Source: Tepidisphaeraceae bacterium (GTDB lineage: Bacteria; Planctomycetota; Phycisphaerae; Tepidisphaerales; Tepidisphaeraceae). From it: 10,427 bases of DNA. Where the stretch lies: NCBI GenBank assembly GCA_049514055.1, contig JBEKVL010000145.1:1-10427 (forward strand). Reading direction: 5' to 3'. Positions 1 through 6,226 of the stretch are shown piece by piece. The notes below the pieces were generated by a model. It searched no databases. It was not told the origin of the DNA and saw only the letters and a list, made by a program, of their open reading frames with translations. Each line of letters opens with the position of its first letter. The first letter of the stretch is position 1. A program made the position numbers and the translations under genes.

Positions 1-869
1 ACATCTTCTCCATGTTCGGCGAGCTCTTCGGCGCCGGCCTGGGCGGCGGACAACGAGGCCACCCCGGCGGCGCGCAGCGCGGCTATGACCTCGAAACCCA
101 GGTCGAACTGACCTTTGAAGACATCGCCAAAGGCTGCAAGAAGACCATCGACTTCGAGCGCGAGGACCTCTGCGCCGATTGCCACGGCAGCGGCGCCAGG
201 CCGGGATCATCGCCCGTCGCCTGCCCAACCTGCGGCGGCCAGGGGCGCGTGGCCCAGCAGGGCTTCGGCGGCATGTTCCGCATGGTCACCACCTGCCCGA
301 GCTGCCGCGGCGCGGGCCGGGTTGTTCGCGATGCCTGCCACGCCTGCCGCGGCTCGGGACGCAAGCGCAGGAAGCACGTCGTTGATGTGCAGATCCCTCC
401 GGGCGCGCGCGAGGGCCAGTCCGTCGTGCTCGGCGGTGAAGGTGAACCCGGCGCCAACGGCGGCCCACACGGCGACCTGCACGCCTACATCGTCATCAAG
501 CAGCACGAACTGTTCCAGCGGCACAACAACGACCTCGTGTGCCAGATCCCCATCACCTTCACGCAGGCGGCCCTTGGCGCCAAGGTCGAGGTGCCAACCC
601 TCTTCGGCAAAGAGGAGCTCGACATTCCGGCCGGCACCCAGCACGGCGAGGTCTTCAAGATCCGCAGCGTGGGCCTCCCCGATATCCGCAGCCAGCGCAA
701 GGGTGACCAGCTCGTGCAGGTGCTCATCGAGGTGCCGAGGAAACTGACCGAAAGACAGAGACAACTCCTGCGCGAGTTCGCCGGCACCGATGATGTGACC
801 GCGACCCCGCAGCGAAAGAGCTTTCTGGATAAGATCAAAGAGAAATTGACGGGAGAGCCGAAAGCGTAG
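1..869 (+). CDS. dnaJ: Molecular chaperone DnaJ (Hsp40), C-terminal part; 5' end lies outside the window (reading frame begins at base 3)
   Basis: Four CxxCxGxG zinc-finger repeats (CADCHGSG, CPTCGGQG, CPSCRGAG, CHACRGSG) followed by the DnaJ C-terminal beta-sandwich/dimerisation region. GC3-rich codon usage. The first in-frame M at 12 is internal, and the open frame runs to the left window edge. Stop TAG at 867-869. Confidence 0.9.
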   Translation, partial: IFSMFGELFGAGLGGGQRGHPGGAQRGYDLETQVELTFEDIAKGCKKTIDFEREDLCADCHGSGARPGSSPVACPTCGGQGRVAQQGFGGMFRMVTTCPSCRGAGRVVRDACHACRGSGRKRRKHVVDVQIPPGAREGQSVVLGGEGEPGANGGPHGDLHAYIVIKQHELFQRHNNDLVCQIPITFTQAALGAKVEVPTLFGKEELDIPAGTQHGEVFKIRSVGLPDIRSQRKGDQLVQVLIEVPRKLTERQRQLLREFAGTDDVTATPQRKSFLDKIKEKLTGEPKA

Positions 870-932
870 GGTCCGCTTCAGCGGACGCGTTTCGGCATCT
901 TCCGGCACAACCGCGTCCGCTGAAGCGGACCC
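869..932 (+). promoter_or_regulatory. Perfect 21-bp inverted repeat (GGGTCCGCTTCAGCGGACGCG / CGCGTCCGCTGAAGCGGACCC) with a 22-nt loop, lying between the dnaJ stop and grpE start. Each arm is itself a 16-bp palindrome GTCCGC-N4-GCGGAC (871-886 and 915-930). Candidate terminator/attenuator or paired operator.
   Basis: Read directly: 869-889 is the reverse complement of 912-932. There is no T-tract after it. It ends 12 nt before the grpE ATG. Confidence 0.55.
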
Positions 933-944
933 TGCAGAAGAGCC

Positions 945-1490
945 ATGAGCGAAAACGAACCCAAACAACCCGGAGACGATGGCGACGAGGAAATCCTCAG
1001 CGGCGCGGCCGCCGATTTCGGCGCGCAGATCGACGCCGACATCGAGAAACTCCACGCTGAGCGCGAGACCCTCTTCAATCAACTGGCCCGCGTGCAGGCC
1101 GACTTCAAGAACGCTCAGAAGCGGCTTGAGGCCGAGAAACTCCAGGCAATCCAGTTCGCCAACGCGAAACTCATCCAAAGCCTCATCCCGGCCTTCGACA
1201 ACTTCGACCGGGCGCTGGAAACCGACGCGGCCACGACGGACGCGGCCGGCGTCCTCAAGGGGATGCAGATGGTTCACGATCACATCCTCAAGATCCTGTC
1301 GGAGAACGATGTCGAGGTCATCATTCCGCAACCCGGCACGCCGTTTGATCCGAACCTGCACCAGGCGCTGATGCAACAGCCGGACGACCGCTACGAGCAG
1401 GCCACGGTGGTGCAGGTGTACCAGCGGGGCTACTCCGTGCATGGCCGGATCCTGCGGCCGGCACAGGTGGTTGTCGGGAGGAAGGCGTGA
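945..1490 (+). CDS. grpE: Nucleotide exchange factor GrpE
   Basis: 181 aa with an acidic N-terminus, a long coiled-coil region (LHAERETLFNQLARVQADFKNAQKR) and the GrpE C-terminal beta domain (GYSVHGRILRPAQVVV). Located directly downstream of dnaJ. Confidence 0.9.
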   Translation: MSENEPKQPGDDGDEEILSGAAADFGAQIDADIEKLHAERETLFNQLARVQADFKNAQKRLEAEKLQAIQFANAKLIQSLIPAFDNFDRALETDAATTDAAGVLKGMQMVHDHILKILSENDVEVIIPQPGTPFDPNLHQALMQQPDDRYEQATVVQVYQRGYSVHGRILRPAQVVVGRKA

Positions 1491-1495
1491 CGTGC

Positions 1496-1610
1496 GGTGG
1501 GCACTGCCCACCAATCACGCCGAGGTGAAAGAAACGACGGGCTGCGATGTAGGGTGGGCACTTGCCCACCAATCACGCCTGCGTCGAGCAAACGGTGGGC
1601 AGTGCCCACC
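1496..1610. repeat. Three copies of a 17-18 bp palindrome GGTGGGCA-(C/CT/G)-TGCCCACC at 1496-1512, 1553-1570 and 1594-1610. The first two are each followed by AATCACGCC. They fill the grpE/fmdB-like intergenic region.
   Basis: Read directly in the sequence. Spacing is 57 and 41 bp. The central loop is only 1-2 nt, so the palindrome is more likely a DNA-level protein-binding dyad or REP-like element than an RNA hairpin. Confidence 0.7.
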
Positions 1611-1624
1611 CGGCGAGGTGCCCC

Positions 1625-1999
1625 ATGCCAACCTATGAATACATCTGCGATGCCTGTGGATCGACGTTTGAGAAATTCCAGTCGATGACCTCCAAGCCGA
1701 TCAAGCAATGCCCCGCCTGCGGCAACAAGAAGAAAGTCCGCCGGCTCATCAGCGCCGGCGCGGGACTGATCTTCAAAGGCAGCGGTTTCTACGCCACCGA
1801 CTACCGTTCCAAGAGCTACTCCGACGCCGCCAAGGCCGATTCCGCCGGCGGCGCGACGAACACGGAGACCAAATCCGAAGGCAAGTCAGAGACGAAATCA
1901 GAAACCAAGTCGGAGACAAGATCGGAAGCCAAGTCCGAATCGACCACCCCATCCACAAAGAGCGAGAACAAACCGGTTGCGACTGCGAAAACGAAATGA
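1625..1999 (+). CDS. FmdB-family putative regulatory zinc-ribbon protein (CxxC...CxxC) with a low-complexity (K-S-E-T)n C-terminal tail
   Basis: MPTYEYICDACGSTFEKFQSMTSKPIKQCPACGNKKKVRRLISAGAGLIFKGSGFYATDY closely matches the FmdB/TIGR02605 N-terminal consensus (MPxYEYxCxxCG...CPxCG...RLIS...KGSGFY). The true start is taken as ATG 1625 rather than the upstream in-frame M at 1562, which lies inside the palindromic repeats. Confidence 0.8.
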   Translation: MPTYEYICDACGSTFEKFQSMTSKPIKQCPACGNKKKVRRLISAGAGLIFKGSGFYATDYRSKSYSDAAKADSAGGATNTETKSEGKSETKSETKSETRSEAKSESTTPSTKSENKPVATAKTK

Positions 2000-2025
2000 G
2001 CGTTGCGGCTTGGACAGAGAACGTC

Positions 2026-2104
2026 TTTGGAATCTGAGATTTCAGATTTCAAATTTGAGATTGGCGATCTCAAATCTGAGATTTCAAATTCCAAATCTCA
2101 AATC
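2026..2104. repeat. AT-rich intergenic element built from tandem heptamers ATTTCRR (atttcag atttcaa atttgag). It contains a 14-bp direct repeat AATCTGAGATTTCA (2031-2044 and 2073-2086) and a 9-bp stem (atttgagat / atctcaaat) around 2052-2074.
   Basis: Read directly. The composition is ~30% GC within a ~66% GC context. It lies between the fmdB-like stop and the yacG-like start. Confidence 0.6.
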
Positions 2105-2107
2105 CCC

Positions 2108-2302
2108 ATGAAATGCCCCACCTGCAAACACGAAGTCGATCCGGCCACGCAGAGAGGCAGCCCCTTCCCGTTCTGCTCCGACCGCTGCAAGTTGATCGAC
2201 CTCGGCCGCTGGATGGACGAGAAATACCAGATCCCGGCCGAGTATTCCGACGAAGACGAGCCCGCGGCAGATGACCTCCCGCCGTTGTCTTCGGATAAGT
2301 GA
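2108..2302 (+). CDS. yacG: DNA gyrase inhibitor YacG-family zinc-ribbon protein
   Basis: [10 protein letters not shown]...[25 protein letters not shown] matches the YacG signature (CPxC...PFCSxRCxxIDLGxW). The start is taken at the internal ATG 2108; the longer ORF beginning at 2003 would translate the AT-rich repeat. Confidence 0.8.
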   Translation: MKCPTCKHEVDPATQRGSPFPFCSDRCKLIDLGRWMDEKYQIPAEYSDEDEPAADDLPPLSSDK

Positions 2303-4711
2303 TCACGGCTTTACCGCCGGCGCCTGCTCTGCTTCTTCCTGGATGATGATCGTCGGCCGGGCGGTGAACAGCGTCACCATGCCCGTCTCGGCATTCTTTC
2401 CCGCCGTCTTCGGCAACACCATCATCAGCGTCTGGCCATCCAGGATGGACAAGATCGAGTTGATCTCCTGCACATCCATCTCGGGTTTCTGCACCATCAG
2501 TTTCTCGCCGGCCGGAGCCTGATCCCACGGTTCTTCGCGCATCCGGCGGAACTCGGCCACACGCGGATGCAGTTTAACGGTGATGAACTTGCGGTCGGCG
2601 CTGACCGTCGGCTGAACCTCAACGTTGATGCCGTCGTTCACGTTGGCGGTCACGGGCACCCATTTCTCCTCGCCCGGTCTTCCCTCACGATAGCCGCTGA
2701 TATACGCCCGCTCGCTCCCAACCGTCACGGTTCCGGCGCAGCCGTTGAACGTCGTCATCCGCGGCGATGTCAGCACAGTAGCATCCTTTGCGGCCTGTAC
2801 TGCGGCAAGCACTGCCTTTAGCTTCACGTCATTAATGAACACGCCCGGACGGGTGGCGGGAATTTTCGTGTCGGCCAGCGGGCCGACCTTGTCGGCGACA
2901 TCCAACTCAATGCCTGCGTCCTTTGCAATGGCGGCAAACTGGCCGCGCTGAATTTGAATGAAACGCACCTCGACCGACACCTGGATCGACCTGGACTCGC
3001 GGAGTTTGTCGAGCAGTCCGGCGATCTCCTGTTGGTTCTCGCGCGTCTGGGTGATCACAAACTGCCCGTTGAGGAAACTCAGTTGCCCGGTCTTTCCGCC
3101 ATTGTCGGTCCACGACTCGCGATCGACGGTCTCCTTGATCAGATTGCTGATGTCCTTCGCCATTCGCTCGTCAAGTTTGACGGTCTTTGCGTCTTCCTTG
3201 ACGGCCGCGCCGCCGGCCGCCGGAGTCGCGACAACCGACAGATCGACAAGCAGGTCGCGGATATCGTAGACGATCGTCTGGCGATGGTTTTGGGCAATAT
3301 CCTCGACCGTGGAGATGACAAGCGCACGGTCATCAAAGGTGTACGCCAGTCTGACCTTGCCGCCGCTGACATTTGCGAGAATCTCGCTCAACGCCTTGCC
3401 GAATTTGATATCGCGCAGGCGAACCGTGACCGGCGCGGCCTTCTTGATGCCGGCCGCCTCGATTGCCTTCCAGTTCACGGTGATGTTGGCCCCGCTGACA
3501 TCACGCAGGAAGTCGACCACCTCCTCCAGTGCAATGCCGTCAAAACGCAACTCCTGCAGTCGCTTGCCCCCAAGTTGGTCTTCCACCCATCGCGTGTTCG
3601 TATTGTCCGCCACCACCGCCTTGCCAGGAAGAGTCGCCGGCCGCGTCACGGGCGCGGGCTTGGCATCCTCCGCACGCGTGAACCCCGCCAGCGTCAGCCC
3701 CACAACCAGCACGCCGCCCAGCATCGTCCGCATCAACGACCGCCGATTGCCAGAGAGAATCATGCTCAGTCTCCTTCGCAAATCCGACCGCTCGGCCAGC
3801 ATTCCAACGGCTCCGGCTCGGGCCGCGGGCCGGGCCAGAGTTTCGATCAGATCCACCAGCGTCCGGCCATACGCTTCGCGTTCCTGCTCGCGGCCATGGT
3901 TGAGCACCATCGCATCGCGCAAGACCTCGCGTTCGGTTCGAAATCGCCACGCCGCCAGCCAGGCCAGCGGATTGAACCAGTGCAGGCAGACGAGCGCGAG
4001 AATTCCCCAGTCAATCCAACGATCATGCCGCTTGAGATGGGCCAGTTCGTGCAGGATCACATGCCGCCACTGCCGCGGCGAAAGCCGCCCGGCCAGGCCG
4101 AGAGGCATGACGATGGTCGGCCGAATGATGCCCGCGAGAGCGGGACCGTCCACAAGCGCCGACTCGACAATTGCCGGCGTACGTACGCGCATCTCTCGCG
4201 CACAATCCACAACCAGGCGCAGAACGGCCGCGTCGGTCGGAGTCTGCCCGCGACGCAGACGACGCAGCAGTCGGCGATAGGAGACAATCGCCGCCAGCAT
4301 CAGCCCGGCAGCGACGCCGGCCCACGCGCCGGCAAGCAGAATGGGCCAGCGCGGCACACGCGGCCGCACCGGCCCGGCCGCGACAGGCTCGCTTGTCCGA
4401 GGCAAGTCCATGCCGCCGAGATGCACTTCCCATTTGAGATCCCCGGAGGTCGGCGGCACGTTCGCCGCGCCGGCCTGTCCCTGTGCCGACTGCGGCAGCA
4501 GCAACATCGGGCTCCAGCGCACAGCAGGCAACACCGGCATCGCCAGGCGCAGCAGCACCAGCCCCCACAGCATATACCGGACTCCGGCCGATAATCGCCG
4601 GCCCAGCATCAGGACCAGTGCGTAAACCACCATGGCAAGCACGCCGGCATGCAGCGTCGTCCGTGCCAGGTGCGTCAGCCACAACTCCGCATGGGTGAGC
4701 AATGAAGTCAT
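2303..4711 (-). CDS. blaR1: BlaR1/MecR1-family M56 signal-transducing metallopeptidase (N-terminal ~330 aa, HEXXH = HELAH) fused to a C-terminal secretin-like region (STN/N0-like domain plus GspD/PilQ-type secretin domain)
   Basis: N-terminal TM helices, then ...RQWRHVILHELAHLKRHD..., the M56 zinc motif. An additional TM (MLGGVLVVGLTLAGF) follows. Then comes the STN-like block FDGIALEEVVDFLRDVSGANITVNW, and C-terminal secretin-like blocks VLTSPRMTTFNGCAGTVTVGSERAYISGY and GQTLMMVLPKT...LFTARPTIIIQ. An RBS AAGGAG lies inside the last codons of the upstream blaI gene, 9 nt before ATG 4711, indicating translational coupling. Confidence 0.8.
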   Translation of the reverse strand: MTSLLTHAELWLTHLARTTLHAGVLAMVVYALVLMLGRRLSAGVRYMLWGLVLLRLAMPVLPAVRWSPMLLLPQSAQGQAGAANVPPTSGDLKWEVHLGGMDLPRTSEPVAAGPVRPRVPRWPILLAGAWAGVAAGLMLAAIVSYRRLLRRLRRGQTPTDAAVLRLVVDCAREMRVRTPAIVESALVDGPALAGIIRPTIVMPLGLAGRLSPRQWRHVILHELAHLKRHDRWIDWGILALVCLHWFNPLAWLAAWRFRTEREVLRDAMVLNHGREQEREAYGRTLVDLIETLARPAARAGAVGMLAERSDLRRRLSMILSGNRRSLMRTMLGGVLVVGLTLAGFTRAEDAKPAPVTRPATLPGKAVVADNTNTRWVEDQLGGKRLQELRFDGIALEEVVDFLRDVSGANITVNWKAIEAAGIKKAAPVTVRLRDIKFGKALSEILANVSGGKVRLAYTFDDRALVISTVEDIAQNHRQTIVYDIRDLLVDLSVVATPAAGGAAVKEDAKTVKLDERMAKDISNLIKETVDRESWTDNGGKTGQLSFLNGQFVITQTRENQQEIAGLLDKLRESRSIQVSVEVRFIQIQRGQFAAIAKDAGIELDVADKVGPLADTKIPATRPGVFINDVKLKAVLAAVQAAKDATVLTSPRMTTFNGCAGTVTVGSERAYISGYREGRPGEEKWVPVTANVNDGINVEVQPTVSADRKFITVKLHPRVAEFRRMREEPWDQAPAGEKLMVQKPEMDVQEINSILSILDGQTLMMVLPKTAGKNAETGMVTLFTARPTIIIQEEAEQAPAVKP

Positions 4712-4714
4712 CGG

Positions 4715-5092
4715 TCACTTCTCCTTGCCGGAGAGCATCCGTTTGAGTTCGGCGATTTCCTCGGCCGAGAGCTGCGAACTGCGCACAAAGTAGCTCAGCA
4801 TCGGCCCGGCCGCCCCGCCAAAGACGCGATCGAGGAATGAACGGCTTTCGGCCTTGAGACACTGCTCCATCGGCACCCGGGCGCGGTAGAGATATCGCTT
4901 GCCATCCTCCGCGTACGCCAGCGCTCCCTTCCGCACCAGCCGGCCGAGCATCGTCTTGACCGTACGCGGGTTCCAGTCGTGCCGGCCGGCCAGACGCTCG
5001 ACAACCTCGCCGGCCGTGACCGGCCTGGAGGCCTCCCAGACCACGCGCATCACGCTCCACTCCGCATCCGAAATCGCAGGAACTTTGGCCAT
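4715..5092 (-). CDS. blaI: BlaI/MecI/CopY-family winged-helix transcriptional repressor
   Basis: MAKVPAISDAEWSVMRVVWEASRPVTAGEVVERL... is the typical BlaI N-terminal wHTH, followed by a C-terminal dimerisation helix. Start is taken at ATG 5090-5092, with RBS AGAGGAA 7 nt upstream on the - strand; a TTG at 5098 is an alternative. The stop lies 3 nt before the blaR1 ATG. Confidence 0.85.
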   Translation of the reverse strand: MAKVPAISDAEWSVMRVVWEASRPVTAGEVVERLAGRHDWNPRTVKTMLGRLVRKGALAYAEDGKRYLYRARVPMEQCLKAESRSFLDRVFGGAAGPMLSYFVRSSQLSAEEIAELKRMLSGKEK

Positions 5093-5107
5093 ATCCAACT
5101 TCCTCTG

Positions 5108-5147
5108 ATTACCGATGTAATCTATTACAGGTGTAATCGGATGTCAA
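5108..5147 (-). promoter_or_regulatory. blaI-blaR1 promoter with two BlaI-type operator dyads. On the - strand it reads -35 TTGACA (5142-5147) and -10 TAGATT (5119-5124) with a 17-nt spacer. Operator 2 ATTACAGGTGTAAT (5124-5137) lies in the spacer. Operator 1 ATTACCGATGTAAT (5108-5121) overlaps the -10 and the start site.
   Basis: Read directly. The dyads match the BlaI/MecI TACA/TGTA consensus ATTACA-N2-TGTAAT. The arrangement relative to -35/-10 is the classical autorepression architecture. Confidence 0.6.
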
Positions 5148-5194
5148 GAGGTCGGGGCATATCTGTACATCCATTGCGGGCAATTGCCTGTCGT

Positions 5195-5258
5195 GGGGCC
5201 GATGCCCTCGTCGGTCGCCTGCGAACAATCGGGGAAGGCCGACGAGGCCGTCGGCCCC
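5195..5258. repeat. Imperfect 22-nt inverted repeat (GGGGCCGATGCCCTCGTCGGTC / GGCCGACGAGGCCGTCGGCCCC, 3 mismatches) in the divergent blaI/nfeD intergenic region. A perfect 10-bp palindrome GGCAATTGCC lies nearby at 5178-5187.
   Basis: Read directly. Function unknown; it could be a regulatory hairpin or operator. Confidence 0.4.
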
Positions 5259-5296
5259 ACTTATAGCCAACCCGCCACTTTATACCCCCTGCCCGC

Positions 5297-5324
5297 TTGA
5301 AGCCGCCGCGCCCACCGATATAGT
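5297..5324 (+). promoter_or_regulatory. Candidate sigma70-type promoter for the nfeD-flotillin operon: TTGAAG (5297-5302), 16 nt, TATAGT (5319-5324)
   Basis: Hexamers and spacing read directly. It lies ~55 nt upstream of the nfeD-like ATG, which has a strong RBS AAAGGAGG (5363-5370). Confidence 0.35.
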
Positions 5325-5377
5325 GATGCCCGTGAGTGCATCGCTCTGCACCGTTTCCTGCCAAAGGAGGTGCGCCG

Positions 5378-6199
5378 ATGACCGTTCAATGGCTCCTGAA
5401 GTGGTGGAATCTCATCTTCGTTCTGCCGTCACTGCTCGCGTTGCTCTATATGGGCCTCTGCGTGCTGACCGGCATCGGCACCGGCGACGGCGATGCCGAC
5501 GTCAGCGCCGATGCTGACGCTGATGCCGATATGGATGCCGACGCCGACATGGACGCGGACGCGGATGTCGACGCCGATGCCGATGTCGCCGGCGACACCG
5601 ATGTGTCCGCGGACGCAGATGCGGACGCTGACGCAGACGCCGATGCTGACGCTGATGCGGACGCAGATGGCGACAGTGACCAGGATGCCGACGCTTCCCA
5701 CGAGACCTCCGCATCCCCATCCACGGCCGTCCTGAGCTGGCTCGGCGCGGGCAAAGTCCCGCTCAGCCTGCTCGTAGGCGTGCTGTTTCTGACCTGGGGC
5801 ATCATCGGCTTCGGCGCCAACGTCATCCTGCGCCCGCCCGAAAAACCCGGCTGGCAGCAGGCGCCCGCGCCCGCAATGTCGATCCCGCTGGCCGCCGTCG
5901 GCGCGCTGCTGGCGACATCCGGCTTCTCGCGGATTCTCGCGAAAGTCATCCCGCTGCGCGGAACCTCGGCCCATCGCCGCCACGAATTGCTCGGGCTCGT
6001 CGGCGAGGCCATCCTGCCCATCGGCCACGAGTTCGGCATGGCCGCCATCCGCGACGAAGGCGGCGAGCCGTATCAGGTTGCGTGTCGCGTCGACGCCAGT
6101 GCCCCTCAGATCGAGAAGGGCACGCGCGTCCGACTGGTTGGATACAACGCCCGGCAGCGGATGTTCCTCGTCGTTCCGGAACCGCCGCCGAAGCAATAG
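5378..6199 (+). CDS. NfeD-like (YuaF/YqiJ-type) membrane protein with a C-terminal OB-fold and an inserted ~70-aa (Asp-Xaa)35 acidic repeat between TM1 and TM2
   Basis: RBS AAAGGAGG precedes ATG 5378. TM helix [21 protein letters not shown] is followed by [34 protein letters not shown]...[26 protein letters not shown]. Two more TM helices follow, then the NfeD-type C-terminal beta-barrel ([60 protein letters not shown]). It sits directly upstream of a flotillin gene, as NfeD genes normally do. Confidence 0.7.
   Translation: MTVQWLLKWWNLIFVLPSLLALLYMGLCVLTGIGTGDGDADVSADADADADMDADADMDADADVDADADVAGDTDVSADADADADADADADADADADGDSDQDADASHETSASPSTAVLSWLGAGKVPLSLLVGVLFLTWGIIGFGANVILRPPEKPGWQQAPAPAMSIPLAAVGALLATSGFSRILAKVIPLRGTSAHRRHELLGLVGEAILPIGHEFGMAAIRDEGGEPYQVACRVDASAPQIEKGTRVRLVGYNARQRMFLVVPEPPPKQ
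5486..5695 (+). repeat. In-frame hexanucleotide microsatellite (GAYGCN)35 encoding (Asp-Ala/Val/Met/Ser/Thr/Gly)n within the nfeD-like CDS
   Basis: Read directly: 35 consecutive 6-bp units (gacgcc/gatgct/gatgcg...) covering 210 bp. Confidence 0.9.
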
Positions 6200-6226
6200 A
6201 AACCGCTAACGAAAGGGAGGACTGTC

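Noticed and set aside
869-932. CIRCE/HrcA operator upstream of grpE
   Set aside because: The sequence GTCCGCTTCAGCGGAC bears no resemblance to the CIRCE consensus TTAGCACTC-N9-GAGTGCTAA. It is kept only as an unclassified inverted repeat.
207-1514. 435-aa ORF on the - strand spanning dnaJ and grpE
   Set aside because: It lies antisense to two strongly supported chaperone genes. The translation is low-complexity and R/A/G/L-rich, typical of the spurious open frames that high GC creates opposite real genes.
1496-1610. Possible small CRISPR array (three repeated palindromic units)
   Set aside because: There are only three copies. The spacers are irregular (57 and 41 bp) and are themselves partly repeated (AATCACGCC). 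The repeats are 17-18 bp, shorter than CRISPR repeats. No cas genes are nearby. It fits a palindromic operator or REP family better.
1441-1638. Short ORFs (65, 63 and 92 aa) across the grpE/fmdB intergenic region, and the 1562 upstream extension of the fmdB-like ORF
   Set aside because: They run through the three palindromic repeats. The FmdB family begins with MPxYEYxC, which fixes the start at 1625.
2003-2107. N-terminal extension of the yacG ORF ([35 protein letters not shown])
   Set aside because: It is a translation of the AT-rich heptamer repeat. YacG-family proteins begin right at the CPxC zinc knuckle, so ATG 2108 is taken as the start.
2954-4594. 546-aa + strand ORF and nested ORFs (3309-4280, 4023-5060 -, 3540-3950 -) over the blaR1 region
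   Set aside because: All overlap the BlaR1-secretin CDS in other frames or strands. They have R/P/S/A-rich composition and no recognisable domains, so they are GC-artefact ORFs.
5429-6196. 255-aa and 200-aa - strand ORFs opposite the nfeD-like gene
   Set aside because: They are antisense translations of the hexanucleotide repeat (SASASA / GVGIGV runs). The + strand gene has an RBS, TM helices and the NfeD OB-fold.
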